From NCBI GenBank assembly GCA_003344405.1, contig NOWV01000014.1, forward strand, positions 1-64,000: DNA of 64,000 bases. Direction: 5' to 3'. The translations under genes were made by a program, and so were the position numbers. The notes beneath the pieces were generated by a model. It worked only from the letters and a program-made list of their open reading frames with translations, did no database searches and was not told the origin of the DNA. Position 1 is the stretch's first letter, and each line of letters opens with the position of its first letter. Below are positions 13,987 through 28,317 of the stretch, piece after piece. This DNA comes from Trichoplax sp. H2. Lineage: Eukaryota.

Positions 13987-16692
13987 TTATTCCATTACAT
14001 CTTCGCTAACATCGTCATTATGTTCCCCTGAGATATTTTCACTACAGGCTGATGTATTCATCGAGCTATTAATAGGCAGTGAGGATGAATTTTGGATTGT
14101 ATCTTCCAATATAGTGCCTATATGAAATGAATGAAGACTAGAAATTTAGGTTCAAATTAAAATTATAGGTAATATACAATAATTATTTAGCCCATCTTTG
14201 ACTGTCCATTAAGTTAAAATGGTAGCACTTACATTGAGTGGTATTCACCGATTCGTTAGCAAAATCTGATGCATTTTCGCTGGATTCTTTTACTTCCAAA
14301 TTTTTCGATTTTGCATTTAATAAAGCATCTTGTAATTCTTTCAATTGATAGTCCTGATCAGCAGTTAACTCACTAGTGCCACCATTTTTTATTTGTGCTT
14401 GCCTCTTTTGATGTATACTTTCGCTGATGGCTTCTAAATTTCGAAGAACTTTAGTGTATGAAAGCTTCAATCCATGCAATGCATCTTGAATTTCATTACA
14501 TGATCGCTTCTTGTGCTTCATAGAGAGAAGTGTTAACAATAATTCATATCAGCGGAGAAATTGTAATATGTACGTATTAAAGCATTATGAGCTATGTTGC
14601 ATCATCGATGATATATGCTATTAGAATACATCTAAATAGCTATGAATTCGTAACAAGGTAAACTTTACTGAATTGAAATTTTTCTAATATTTAGAATTGC
14701 AAGATAATAACGTTATAAAATTGACTTGTCTAGTAGATTTATAAGTAATAAAATAGATGTAAACCTTTAATTCGGCATCCATTCTGTACTTTTCTTCATA
14801 GTATAACCTATATGTGTTAAGTTTATAATTGGCTTTCAACAATTTTACTTAATTTTTCTAATATTATGATTCAGTTAAATTACCGTGATTTTGTTAAAGG
14901 TTTGTACAATTCGTAAAATAATTGCTCTAGAGTCTCCTCTGCATCTCGCTGTGCCTCTAATAGTAAATTATATCGATCTTCGCAGTCTTTTACTTCCGTA
15001 TTAGTAACCATAACCTAGAATGTAAATTATTTAAATTATTCATGCTATTAAATAGTAGTATATGAACTTTTAGCGATGTATGTAGAAATAACCTTGTTAT
15101 TAGCATGGTTGACCATATCTTGCCAGGCTCCATCAAAGCTAGACTCTGACCTATTAAGTAAGTTTTCTTCAGCTACTGCAATCATCTCGCGAGCTGCTTC
15201 ATGTACGGTTGATGCCGTTTCATAGGCTAGTGATGCTTTTTCGAATTCATGCTGTAGCTGAGAACGAAATAATTATTTTGATGAGGTATTGAATCACTTT
15301 TTTATCTAATTAAAATGATTAAATTTTTTGGCAAATACCGCATTTGCTCTTTCTGCTGTTTCATAATAGGGCCTTGATTTTGCAATGCAGCTGCCTAATT
15401 CTTGTGCTAGTTCAGTTAACTTCTTCGTACCTTCTTTAAGGGATTTTTCGAAATCACTTCTTGCATTCTATTGCAATAAACAAATTGTCTTCGTAACGTA
15501 AATGGCATTTGATATATTTAATGATCAAAAAGATGTAAACATTAGTCTCACATCCAATATTTTCTCATGTCGATTTATCTCCGAAGCTAAAGCATTCAGC
15601 TTTTCTAGTTCTTGCTAAAGAATCGAGTAATGAATTAAAAATTATATTGATGTTATAACACTTGAAAATGAGACTTTTCTGCTTATATTGTACTCCATTT
15701 TACCGTTATATAATAAATAAAAAATACAATATTTTATCCGAGATAGCTGAAGTAGAATTCCTGACGATAAAAGCGCCGGTAGCTATCCTACGTTTACAAA
15801 TTACGCTATAGATGGTATGAATCAATTTATACATATGGTATCTTGCATAAATAGAACAGATGTACACGATAGCGTTTTGAAGATTGTACAATAAAATGCT
15901 CCATAATAGGATACTGAAACCAGGAAAAGAATACAAGAACTCTCCAGGATCACATTCACTAGCATACATTTGCAAATATCAGTTTATGTAGTAAAGATAA
16001 CATCTTAGCAGTATTTAATAATAATAGTTTAATTTCCTTCTTCCAGGGCGATATTGGATGCCTATACTCCGATATGACAGTGATTATGATCACTAGTGTC
16101 TTCGATCTTATATTTATCCGGCCGTTAACAAGACAAAATAGGAGTATATGAATAATAGGATGATTTAAAAAAGCTAATTTTTATTTAGCCAAAATAGGTT
16201 GCTAAACAAAATATCATTCCGTAGAAATCTCAATTGCCTCGCTAGGCTTGGAGACTTTTATTACTACCTGACGCAATCTAGAATGAGTGCGATACATCCT
16301 ACTTTAAAATCATCCTTTTAAGTACTGTATTAGGTTTAAAACTTTTTAGTTCTTTAACAATTATCTCGATTATTACTGCCTCGTTGAACTTGCGGACTTT
16401 TAGTAATACCTAACGTAGTCTAGAATGAATGAGATCCATCCCATTTTAAGACATTCTTATAAAGTACAGTAATAGGTTTTAAAAATATTTAGTTCTTTAA
16501 CAATTATCTTAATCTTTATCAGATAATACGTATATTAGTGTATACTTATACTTATAGATAAAACAAAGATATTTGAAATTAGTTTTTCAGACTGGTTTAC
16601 AGCTACTTAGATGAGTTCCAATGTACTCAGATAGTAGTTACCGTAATTCTAGGATCTAATTCTTCATTAAGCTCTTCATCCAAATCCATCAT
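13987..16692 (-). CDS. SH3BP5: SH3 domain-binding protein 5 family (SH3BP5/SH3BP5L/REI-1/parcas-type Rab11 GEF), 8 coding exons
   Basis: Spliced translation MMDLDEELNEELDPRIT|QELEKLNALASEINRHEKILD|NARSDF..LGSCIAKSRPYYE..|..FDGAWQDMVNHANNK|V..|..LRNLEAISESIHQKR matches family motifs (EELDPRIQ.ELEKLN, AWQEMLNHA, NLE.ISD.IH). Exons 16692-16642, 15614-15552, 15467-15339, 15257-15093, ~15014-14884, ~14807-14765, ~14515-14233, ~14117-13987; all introns GT-AG. SH3BP5 vs SH3BP5L orthology is not resolved. Confidence 0.9.
16235..16510. repeat. Diverged ~142-bp tandem duplication in SH3BP5 intron 1
   Basis: Both copies run TGCCTCG..GACTTTTA..TCTAGAATGA..AAGTAC(T/A)GTA..TAGGTTT..TTTAGTTCTTTAACAATTATCT, starting near 16235 and 16377. 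Confidence 0.8.
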
Positions 16693-18625
16693 TCATGAAG
16701 GCCATGGAAGAATAATGACCAATTTGTATAGTGAGAAAAACTTTATCTGAACATATGGGCCGAAAAAATGTAAATTTTATGATTCATCATTTTAATAAAA
16801 TTATTGTGATGAAAATACCCCTAACTATCGTATAGAATAGACTGAATAAAGAATACAGTATACAATACCGTCAAAATAGAGTATGTAAATAAATGAATTG
16901 GCCATTATAATGGATACTATAGGAGATTTTCGATGGGCTGAAGGATTGGAATGCGCAGGTACTCATTCGATCAGAGAAAGATACTGCCTTAAGCCTAGGG
17001 CACAGAGTAATGCTCATCACCATGAGACAATATGGTGGTAAACTATTGACTGAGATATAAACTATTTACGAGTGTTTGGTAGTACTGCTACATTAGTCAT
17101 ATATAAGCGTGAGATTGCACGATTTCTTAATTTTTTTTCAAGATATGTCAATATATGTCTAATGCATCAGTAGGACAGCTTAACCGAAGTGTATAAAATA
17201 AATAATTTATGCAAAATAGTTAGGGCTAATGTACATTAGAGACCCTCTATGAAGCGGATGTTAGAATCCCGGTTATCCCTCTTTTCCTATTCTGAATAAA
17301 TATACTCTTCTTTCTTTATAATTTGCGTGCTACACTATCGATGGACTCACAACTACCACCTCCATCCATGAAGGTACCTACTGAAGTGAATGCCGATATG
17401 TCAGAGCTAATAACCTCGACGGCGACAACATCACAGTACACTGTACACTGTATAGAATTTTTTTTTCAGATCAGTGTATATTTTTATGGTTTATTTTATT
17501 ATAAAACCCGTAAAAGTTGATATGGGTTTGATCAAGTTTTGATCATATTATTTGTTTTTTTTTTAAACTGGATTGAATATCTACACCCTGTATATATATT
17601 ATTTGTAGTTAAACTATTGATTATATTGATTATTTGTATATGGCATATACATTTTTTAATTATAATTAACACTTACCAGGGCAATCATCACTGCGCATGC
17701 ACAAACACTATGACAGCATATCTACTACAGTACTTGACTATGAAGTATCGATGTTTTCTTGGAGTAACCTTTTAATGTCAAGACTTTAGCAGTTCTAACA
17801 TCGAAGAGGACTTTCACATGGAGAGTTACACATATAATAGCAAATCTTTGGTTGTAATCCTTTTCAGTTTTGATTCTATAGCAGCCCAAATCTTCCCATG
17901 CCGTCCTGAGGTTTGCATGAATTGCTACACATTACACAATTGTGCTGTTGTGGTAACTGCGCATGATCGTTAACCTCAGCTCGACATGTAACAACATGTA
18001 CCCATGCTGAGACTACAGTGTACAGTACATTGCAGCGTGCGCAAGGGACTGTAAGAGTACAATAGTACTGTATCAATGTGCGATAGTCGACCATCAGAAT
18101 ATTTCAGCTATACACGACTGAATATAGGATAAATTGCGCTGTCTAGTACATCATACAGCAATTCGCTACAGTACATTGGATACTGGATGACGCCAATGCT
18201 GTATCCAAGGCATCCTAGCAATGAACTGCACGTCATTTGATTAGCCCCGGCAAAATCAATATTAAAATAGCGCTGTAAAACTTTAAATCGTAGCAAAGTA
18301 GACGACTAACGCTTTGGAACTGCATGCAATAGCATTGATTGTATCTGAATTGCACTGGCCAGTGGAAATCGTGGAAAGGAACGCTACTTCTAGAGTCATT
18401 ATTGGCTAAGAGCTGATTTTAACGTCGCATACTTTTAGAGATCCAGGTCTTGCAGTTCATTCATTTACTGACAACGGATGGTGAAAATAAATTAAGTTGA
18501 ACTGGCGATCGTTGTGAAAGAAGAATATAATTGGATGAATGCTTCATTTTAGGTGAATTAAATATTGTCCAATCCTATTGATATAAAGATAGACGACTCT
18601 AGGCTCGGTAGAATTGTTGAGCGAA
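16693..18625. promoter_or_regulatory. Probable bidirectional promoter/5'UTR region between SH3BP5 (-) and SHPRH (+)
   Basis: Head-to-head start codons 1.9 kb apart. Locally GC-richer, with TGCGCATG motifs (~17692, ~17958), ATTGG/CCAAT (~18193, ~18401) and TACAGTA/TACTGTA motifs. Transcription starts are not visible. Confidence 0.45.
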
Positions 18626-21600
18626 ATGAAACGAAAAAATTCAACCGTACGTAAAATTTTACCTGAGCAACAACAGCAATTATCTTGGAACATGGCCAGC
18701 CTTGCCAATGGTGTTGCTGATGATGATGACATGGATGATCTACCGCATAATTCGGATAGTTCAGCCACAACGGCAAAGAAACAAAAGGTGGTATCGGATG
18801 ATAATTCTAACGATGAGATCGATCAATTCTCTATCCATTTGCATGTAAATATTTCTAAGGTAGAGACTGTTGCACGTACTTTCGAAATTGGCCAATTTAA
18901 AGCTCAGATTACATTAGATGGTACTTTCGACCTCCAAGCTATTGACGCTATGATCTTATCATTTGGCCAATGCAATGATAATGGCTTGGCAACTATCCAA
19001 CTCAATGATAATTATGAAAGAAAGCTACTATGTTCTATCCATCTACCTACACATGTACTCAATGCTATGGATATCCTAGTCAATAAATACCGAAATAAAA
19101 ATGGCAATGCTGCTTCGTTATACTTGCACGCCATGGAAACAGACAAACAATTTGTTAACCTTACTCTATCCCTATTTCTGGAAAGTCCAGCGTTCGCTAA
19201 ACTCCCAGGGCCAAGTGCATCCATTGCCAATACTGGTGCTAGTCATCTTATACAAAATGTACCCGTTATCATACGACATTTCTTGGGCGGTCAGTTGAAT
19301 AGTGAAGACTTTGAAGGTAACAGTAACTCATACTGAACATATTGATTACGTACAAATAACTATAACTGTGGATATACTGGTTGATTTCCTTTTAACATTA
19401 CGTCCTGCTGATTACTGTATACGTATAAAATAAATGGAATATCTATCCAACAACATTTTATGGCAACTAGTAGAGTATTATGCACATGATGCTTCGCGTG
19501 AATGTGTTGTAATGATAGTGAATTTTAAATTTCTAGAGAGGGATAAATGCCGTAATAAGCAATGCTTTAAGGATTGATACGACTAGATTAGCTTGGGTAA
19601 AAATGAAATTGACTTATTTTATTATCAATAGTTTCCCGAATACCAGGTACAGCTGCAGATGCAGATGAAATCTACCGTAAAATTAAATCATCTCCATATG
19701 CTATGAAATCGGATATCGATGATCGAACCCATTTGCAGCATCAAAATTTACTGCCAACTTTGAGACCGTATCAGGCTAGAGCTGTTCAGTGGATGTTAAA
19801 TAGAGAAAGATCATCAACATCGGTACAAGATCGATCGACAATCCACTCATTGTGGAGGGAGTTAAAATCAATTGATGGAAAACAATTTTATTTTAATCCG
19901 TATTCTTCTCGGTAAAGCTCTAATTACTGTTGATAGGACTGCTTATACCCTTTTGCAGTTTTACATATTATCAAGTTATCTATTATAACCAGACTTAATA
20001 ATATTATTAACCTTTCATCAATTTCTTAAGAATAACTATATCCAGATTTAATATTGCCCCTTTGCCACCTGGTGGGATTTTAGCTGATGAAATGGGCCTA
20101 GGAAAAACGGTAGAAGTTTTGGCTTGCGTACTATTGAATGAAAGACCAACTAATATACTAGAGAACTCGACATCGACAGATGTTAGTGGCAATAATTTAG
20201 CTGCAAAGAGTTGCAATGATGTATGTGAGCGATCAGATGTAGCCTATCAGTATGACTGCAGTGACTCGAAAGATGCGGATAAAGTTGATGAAGGAAAAAA
20301 TACTTCTACGCTACGTAAACGAATACACAGTCAACTGAAAGATAGTATAACTAGACCAAGTAATGGTAATTCATGCAAACTTACTTGTATTTGTGGTGGC
20401 TTAAATGAAGATGAAGACAGTGAGCAGCCGAAAACCGCGCAATGTCAAATTTGTTCGATATGGCAACATCCAAAGTGTGTTAGACCCGACTTTGATTATT
20501 GTTCAGAATATATTTGCCCGCATTGTATTGTTAGAAAGGTACAATAATGCCACATTTCTGCCATAATTAAATATAATTTAATCTAGCGGCAATCCATTTA
20601 TCAGGCGCTAGCTCAATTCTTGCTCAAGTGAAAATTTTATTTAAAAATTTGTTAATAATATTATTAGCCTACTATCGCATCCGGAGCTACGTTGATAATA
20701 TCTCCATCATCGATTGCTTACCAATGGAAAGAAGAAATAATGAGACATATCGATAAAGCTGGCTTTAAAGCAATGGTAAATATGGGTATATATCCTCATT
20801 CAATCGTATAGTTTACTGATATTGAAGATAATTAGTTACAAGTACTAAACCGAAATGAATTATTTTCTTCTTACAGATATATAAAGGTGTTGCCAAGGAA
20901 GGATTTATTAATCCTTCTGTTTTAGCAAACTATGATATTATCATAACTACATATGAAACTCTCCAGCAAGATATCTATCATATTGCCGACAACCACGGTT
21001 ATTATTGCATACATTACACAAAGCTTAATTATCTCCTGTAGGTAATGAAATTATGTCATATACTAACCCTTATATTTATTAATAGGCAATGTTCAAAAAC
21101 AACTGCGTTTCACTAGGCGATATTTAGCCTTGCCTAGCCCTCTACCATGCATAAATTGGTGGCGGATATGTTTGGACGAAGCCCAAATGGTAGAAAATGT
21201 AACCGCAAGGGTGAGTTCTTATGCATTCGAATAGGATTTTTCAAGCGTCTTGCATTTTTTTGAGTGTTTCTTTAAAAAATTGAAATTTTATTGTTTAATA
21301 GGCTGCAGAAATGGTTCTTAAATTGCAGTGTATCCATCGCTGGTGTGTGACGGGCACACCGGTTCAGAGGGGAATTGAAGGTAACCATATGCAATCTTAT
21401 TTGATACACAGTATAATTAAATGAAATTATTATTAGGATTTTAAAGTATTATACGAAATCCGTATCAAGATGAATGCCAAACTGATGTGTTAATATTTAA
21501 AAAATTATTCATTTTTATAGATTTGTATGGCCTTGCACTTTTTCTTGGGTTGGATCCAATTCACGAAAGGGTATGGTGGCGAAAGGTTATATATGAAAAT

Positions 21601-24600
21601 TATATTTATGGAAACTTGCAGCCATTAGTTGATGCATTTGCTTCAATTTTTTGGAGATCTGTAAAATCTGAAATCGTAGACGAGGTTAACGATTTTTGAA
21701 TTGATATTTCAGTAAAAGATTAAAATTCTACATCTAGTAGTAATACCGAATGTTTCATAGATCCAGCTCCCGGAACAGTCCAGTTCAATGAATTGGCTGA
21801 AGTTATCACCAATTGAATCGCATTTTTACCAGAGACAACACGAAGAATGTTCGACCGATGCCCTTAAGGTAGGTGTTTCTCTGAGTAGTGAATTTCGCAC
21901 TGTACGAAGTACATTTTAAGCTTTCGTACGTCATAAATGTTTTCATATATTTTATGTTATTGGAAAACCTCAGATTTCTTCAACTCTGGATATTAGGTTA
22001 TGAATCGAATTGAACAAAAGTCTGAAATATCAATTAGTAGCCTGGATAAAGTTACATTTCAAAAAGTATATTCGATATAAATTTAGAATAAGAAAGAAAT
22101 GGCGTTGTTAAATCAAATTTTGTACTGCATCACCTAATTTCCCTTTCAAAAATTAGATGCTGAACCCTCTGCTACGACTACGCCAAGCTTGTTGCCACCC
22201 ACAAGCTGTTACTAGTAGTGGGATATCTCTAAATCGAGGGTAAAGTGTTAGCATTTGTTTGTTCATTTACAATTGCATAGTGTTAAGATCAATTCACTTT
22301 CAACAGACGTTTAACGATGGATCAGATTCTGGAAAGTATGATTAAAAAGTCAAAGACTGAATGCGAAGAAGCCCAAAGACAAATCATTTTCGCGCTTAAT
22401 GGTATTACAGATATTCTTAAAAATACCGATTCTGTCGTTTGTTACGGCTTCGTCTGTAATGCTATTTATATTCATGTTTTAGGTCTGGCAGGTGTTCATG
22501 TTATGAAGGAAGAAGTCAGTGCATTTTCGGATTTTTGTTTTCTTCTTTCAGTTTTTTAAGTATATTATGCTAACATACTTTAAGTACCCTATGTTTTATA
22601 TTATGATAGTTAGTAGAGGCAGTGGATCGGTATAGGGAAGCCATTGCTGCATGGGAAGAATATAAAGATAGGCTCCATACAGACAGCATACAGGTATTCT
22701 CATTTGTTCATATATAAAAAGTTTTGAAAGCTGTAAAATCTTTCGTACTACCATCCTTGTTATGGAAACGTTAAGATCTACTTTAATGATTACATTTTAG
22801 AAAATTCACACTCTGCATAATCTGAATGATATCTTGAAGAATCATCCTGAGATAGCACAAGATTGTGGTAGGACGATACGAGAGAGCCGTCTAGACCATG
22901 AGGTACGCTATACTGATAGGTCATGCTATTTATTATTCTAATATATAAGCATAATTCTGCTATGTGAAATATAATTCTTTAAATTGCCTTCTTGCCTTTC
23001 TTGGACTGACATGTAACGGAAAATTACAAAGGTGGAACAACTAAAGCTTTCATATTTAATTAAATTTAAAACTGCTACTGTTAACTCTCGTGAAATTCTT
23101 CAACAAAGTAAACAAACAATATCGGAATTAAAGGTAAAAATTTTATACTGTTGTTATCAAAGGAAAATTTGATCCAAATATGATTTATTTTAACGATATA
23201 GTCTCAGCTGGATGAAATTTGGTACCTTCAACTACTGGAAAAATTTGAAGTACTTGGTCTTGAAAATCAATTAATAACCAGACTACAGCAACGTTTATCG
23301 ACTCAATTAACGCAAATGTATCTTAATTCTACTGAAATGGCTGGAAGGTTGTCAATCTGTACGCTTTTATAATTAGTAATAAGACGAACTTTAATGAATA
23401 AATATCATCTTACCATCTAAATTTTAGCTTTACAAATATTACTGGGCTGAAATATGTTGCGACTATGCAACTGGATGCAATAACAGAATCTCGTGAAGCA
23501 CTATTAAAATTGATATATTCCATTGATCAAGAGAATTTTCAACTTTTGGTATCTTCGGCGGCAGATTGTCACTTAAGACCCGCGAAACTTCAAAGGCGTA
23601 AAAAGTACTTAGAGGATCTATTATATACCTATCAATTTAAAGTTACTATAGGTTTTAATGGAGTGTTTTGAATTTTACTATAGGTGTAAGATATGTGAAG
23701 CCAATCGCTATTTTGAAGAATATGAATCTCACCTATTTTTATTACAAAGGCGTAGTAAAGAGAAGTACGGCTCCAATAAGTTATTGTAGCTTTTCACTTT
23801 CTATGTATAAAATGATTTAATAAATTGTAATTGTACATTATTATACTGTTTATAGATCCTCCAATTTACAGGAAAATTTGAATCGGATGATGACGACGAA
23901 GCAATTGGTTTCAAGAGCCGATAGTGAAATAGAAAGGACTCTGAAAGCTATTGTAGCTTTTGCAAAATCTTATGGTTGGGAATTTTTAAAATTATAGAAA
24001 AAAGTTGCTGAGTATGAATTTGTTTATATATCTGCCATTCATGCCTTAATAAATAGTGAATTATAAAGATGATGATGATGATGATGATGGCGGATTGAAT
24101 GCAAGCCAATCAGAAATGCATACGGAAAGGTTTGAGGGAATATCTGATGACGAACACCAAATTCGTGAGATGATTAGATCTGGTCGTCATTTTCTGTCAT
24201 TGCTGGACACCTACAAGAAAGAATTTAATGTAAGATTTGAAAATTTTATCAGTAACATTAGAATTTAGGTTCTTAGTTGGTAGTTTATGCTGAAGGGCTA
24301 TACGCATACAATCTGTAAATGATATTTACCATTTCCTGTAGCATATTAGAGCATTATGGATGTCTATAGATGATCATATCGCTGCGTTAGACGAACTTGA
24401 AATGGCAAAAACTCGGCTCCGTAAGCAATGCCCAGGTGAAGAAGTCCCGGATTCTGCTCAAACTTATATTATTCCTCCTGGCCTAGTAAGTCACAATCTG
24501 CAATGTACTGATATTGTGGTATCTGTAACTTGAGGTATTGGCATTGATTTGCTTTTCAATAATCATGATTTCCAAGGTTGAACAAACTAGATTTCGATTT

Positions 24601-26182
24601 TTATCGGATTTATCACTTGGAAAGATAGAATTAAAGAAAAAACTAGGCCAGCTATCTTATTTAGAGAATTTATCTAAGGTTATACTTGATTCCTGCAATA
24701 AAATAGATAAATGATTTGACCTGCTTTCTCACTTTTAATATTCTGTATGCCCTACCTTCTAAATTAGGCGCGCAACTTCAGCAGTCATGAAAATGAAGAT
24801 TCATGTCCAATTTGTGTACGAAAGCTTGGAAAAGAGGTTAGTATTCGTTTGATCTCTTTTTAATATACTTGTTTGTTTGTTACTCTTTGTAAATAAATGT
24901 CTAATTTAACTGATATAATCTTGTAAATATTAGTGGACAGTATTGGGCTGTGGTCATTGTTATTGCTACGATTGTACCGATGTCATGATAAAAAAGTGTG
25001 CACAAAATGATATGAGACAACAAAGTGTAAAGTGCCCGTTATGCCGCATAAAAACTGCAGTTCCTGAAATATCCTATGCTAGTTTGGATGATGCAGCATC
25101 TACTTCGGAGGCTTCAGATATTAAAGTTGAAGTAAGATCCCTTATCTCTTATGATATAACTTGTTTATAGTTACCAAAACTTATAATGTAAATTTTTACT
25201 GCTGTTAGCCTGTATTTGAAGTGTTTGCATTGACTTTCAGGGGAGTCATTCTACAAAAATCGAAGCTGTGGCTAGGAAGTTATTATCTTTTCTAAGAAAA
25301 GATGACCAGACCAAGTTTCTAATCTTTTCTAGTGTAATTTATTTGATAATTTTGCTACTGTATACTGTAATATTATGACATTCATTTGTTTAAGATTGCT
25401 ACCATAGAAGTGCTAGTATGACTACTAACTTTTTACTATCACATTCCTGTTACTATGCATATAGTGGACGGTGGTCCTAAATTTAATTTCTCAAGCTTTG
25501 ACTGACAATAAAATTAATCACATTAACGCTAAAAGTGGGCAAAATTTTCAAGTGAGTAGGATCGTTCTTGTAATTATGCATATACTTCCTGAGCCTTAAA
25601 CGTTGACCAGGGTTACTATTTTCATCAGGACTCTATTACGAAATTTAAATATGATACCAGCATACCAGTATTATTATTACCATTAAAATCGGGAGCTAAT
25701 GGATTGAATTTAATTGAAGCAACTCACGTTATTTTGATTGAACCGGTTTTAAATCCTGCCCAAGAACTACAAGCAATAGGAAGAGTTCATAGAATTGGTC
25801 AAACTAAGTAAGTTGTGTATTTGGCCGATATGGTGCTACAGTAAAGCTCCTGCCTTACAGTATAAAAAATTCATTCATTTTTGGGATATATAGATAATCA
25901 ATTGTTTATCTCTATAGATCAACTGAGGTACATCGATTTATAATAAAAGGTACTGTGGAGGAAAGAATTATGGATATGAGCCAGTCAAAGAAAGTGAAGA
26001 AATCGTCTCGGTAATACATAACTGTTTAACTAATAAGACGAAACAGTATTTTATAAAAATGTAATCTGGCTAATGCATACACTTACGTTATTTTTTAAAA
26101 TAGGAAAAGAGGCAAGGACGAAGTCCCGATAACAATCGATGAATATAAATCGTTATTTTTAAAGAGCGATGAGTTGCTATAA
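18626..26182 (+). CDS. SHPRH: E3 ubiquitin-protein ligase SHPRH (SNF2 helicase-PHD-RING), ~30 exons
   Basis: N-terminal MKRK...[19 protein letters not shown]; Walker [17 protein letters not shown] ([23 protein letters not shown], 20386-20526); [34 protein letters not shown] ([19 protein letters not shown]); C-terminal helicase [27 protein letters not shown]; stop TAA at 26180-26182. Confidence 0.95.
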
Positions 26183-28317
26183 TTTGTTTAAACTATTGGA
26201 AAGCTCTCTAGTTTCATATATCGAATTTTCTCTAAGCGACAAAGATAAAGTCTCATATTTGGTAGGACCCGTTTTAGTTCACAATACTTTAAAAAGTAAT
26301 TTGTATTAAGGAATTGTTGGGACAGTTGGAATAACTTTTGTATATAATAAGACGGTAAAAAGTTTTAATATCGTAGTTTACCAATGCTTTATTACCTGAA
26401 AATTTCAGAATTTTTTGGTCTGTCTACCAATTTTATTTTCGTTTGATTCTAATTACAATAAGGTACAAATTAAAAAAAATATGAAATACTTCGTTTGTTG
26501 TAATATGAAATGTTCCTTATTATATGGCAGACGGTGTCTTCTATTCTAAGCTACCAAGGACGCGAGTGGGTAATCTTTAGTATACATTGGGTTAGGACTT
26601 GAACGTTTTATGATTTTTCATTCATCGTTATAATTATAAACGAAATTACCACACGGTTATCGGGAGGGGTAGCATAACATGCTACAACTATCTGCATTAC
26701 AGTGGTAATACTCACTGTTTTTAATAGACTTGATTACTGAGATACGCTGAAACTTGTACCCATAAAATCAATCAATAATCGTGAATGATAATAACTGTTT
26801 GATGTTCATCTACAGTAGATTCTACACGTTACCCGCCCTATAACTGTAAACCCAAGTTACTGGGCCAATAGCGCAATTAGCATATCGTATAGTATCAAAT
26901 AGTCACTACAACTTGAAAATACAGCATCATTTTTCCTCACCTAATAGTGAGAACGCTTGTCACTTTAATAAGAATCAATAGTAACGATAAAACCGTAATA
27001 AAATTATATGCTTAGGACTGTCTCGTAGATATGGAATGGTATATCGGATTTGTAGTGTACATTTGTCGTAATATTTTATACAATGACTTACTTAACAACA
27101 GTGTGAATTTTTACGCTTAAATCGCATTGCTGTAACTTACAAAGGTATGCTGAGAAGTTACATTTAATGAGCGCCAATTTAGATAAATTGTATTCTAACT
27201 TCTAAATAAATATTAATCCTCTTTAATTAGCTACTAGGAATTGAGCTGCGGATAAAGATACTGTAATGTTATCGCGCTAAATAGTCAGGGACTTGAGGAT
27301 AAAAATGACTTTCCAAAATGAAAAAAATTGATTTAAAGGAATCAATTTTTATTCATTTTTGAAGACGATTTCTATCGAAAAGTCCCTGCAATAGTGTAGA
27401 TTGAACAAACACCTTTATCATATTGTTACATTTACTCATATATTTTCATCACAGGAAATGCTCATCGTTTTGAAAGTGTTTCATTCACTTCCTTTTGATA
27501 TCAAGCCTTGCCTGTATTTGTTTAGTAATAGATACTACTTCAATTAAGCGTATGTATGTTTGGACTATTTCCTGAATATGAATCTTTACGTTACTAGAAT
27601 AGATTACAACTTATCAGAGTATGTTTAATTCAAAAGGAAACGTAGTTACATATACCAGTAGCAATATTATTCTAGTAACCAAATTGATTCCTCAGTATGT
27701 ATAGTTTAGATTTCAACTTGGATAATTCCATCTCAACCCTTTTACTGTTATAACAAAAATCTTAAATAATTATAAATAATAATTAAATTATTATTATTAT
27801 TACATCTTTGTCGACTCTTGGTTGATATTGTTTACCCGGTCCAATTAGTAACCTGTAAACATCCTTAAGTAAAACAGGTAGTATGGATATAAAAAGATTG
27901 TATAAATACTGCAACTTTTTCACTGGTGATGAGTAAGTAGGTCAATTACTAGTTCAATAAAGGCAATAATACATCAATGATAAAATTATTATACAGTACG
28001 AGTTAATGTACATGAGCAGTTACAGACAATATGGATCTGATTTAATCTGCATTCTTTCAAAAATTTTTATCGTCGTAATATGGCTATATACAAAGTTACA
28101 GATGCAGTATGTATATTCTATCGCGCTGAATATATCATACAGATAATATGTGGAAGGATTCAATGCTAAAGAGACGATATACCGTACGTCCTAAGGCTTC
28201 ACACATCGACTTTCATAATCAGCTGTTAGAAAATTGTACGAACGTCTGCCATTTGGCTACCATCATTATCTTTTTTAAATAAGGTAGGGATAAAAATTGT
28301 GCCAGTAAAATGCAACA

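Noticed and set aside
17323-18296. Short ORFs between SH3BP5 and SHPRH
   Set aside because: No family motifs; more likely UTR or promoter sequence.
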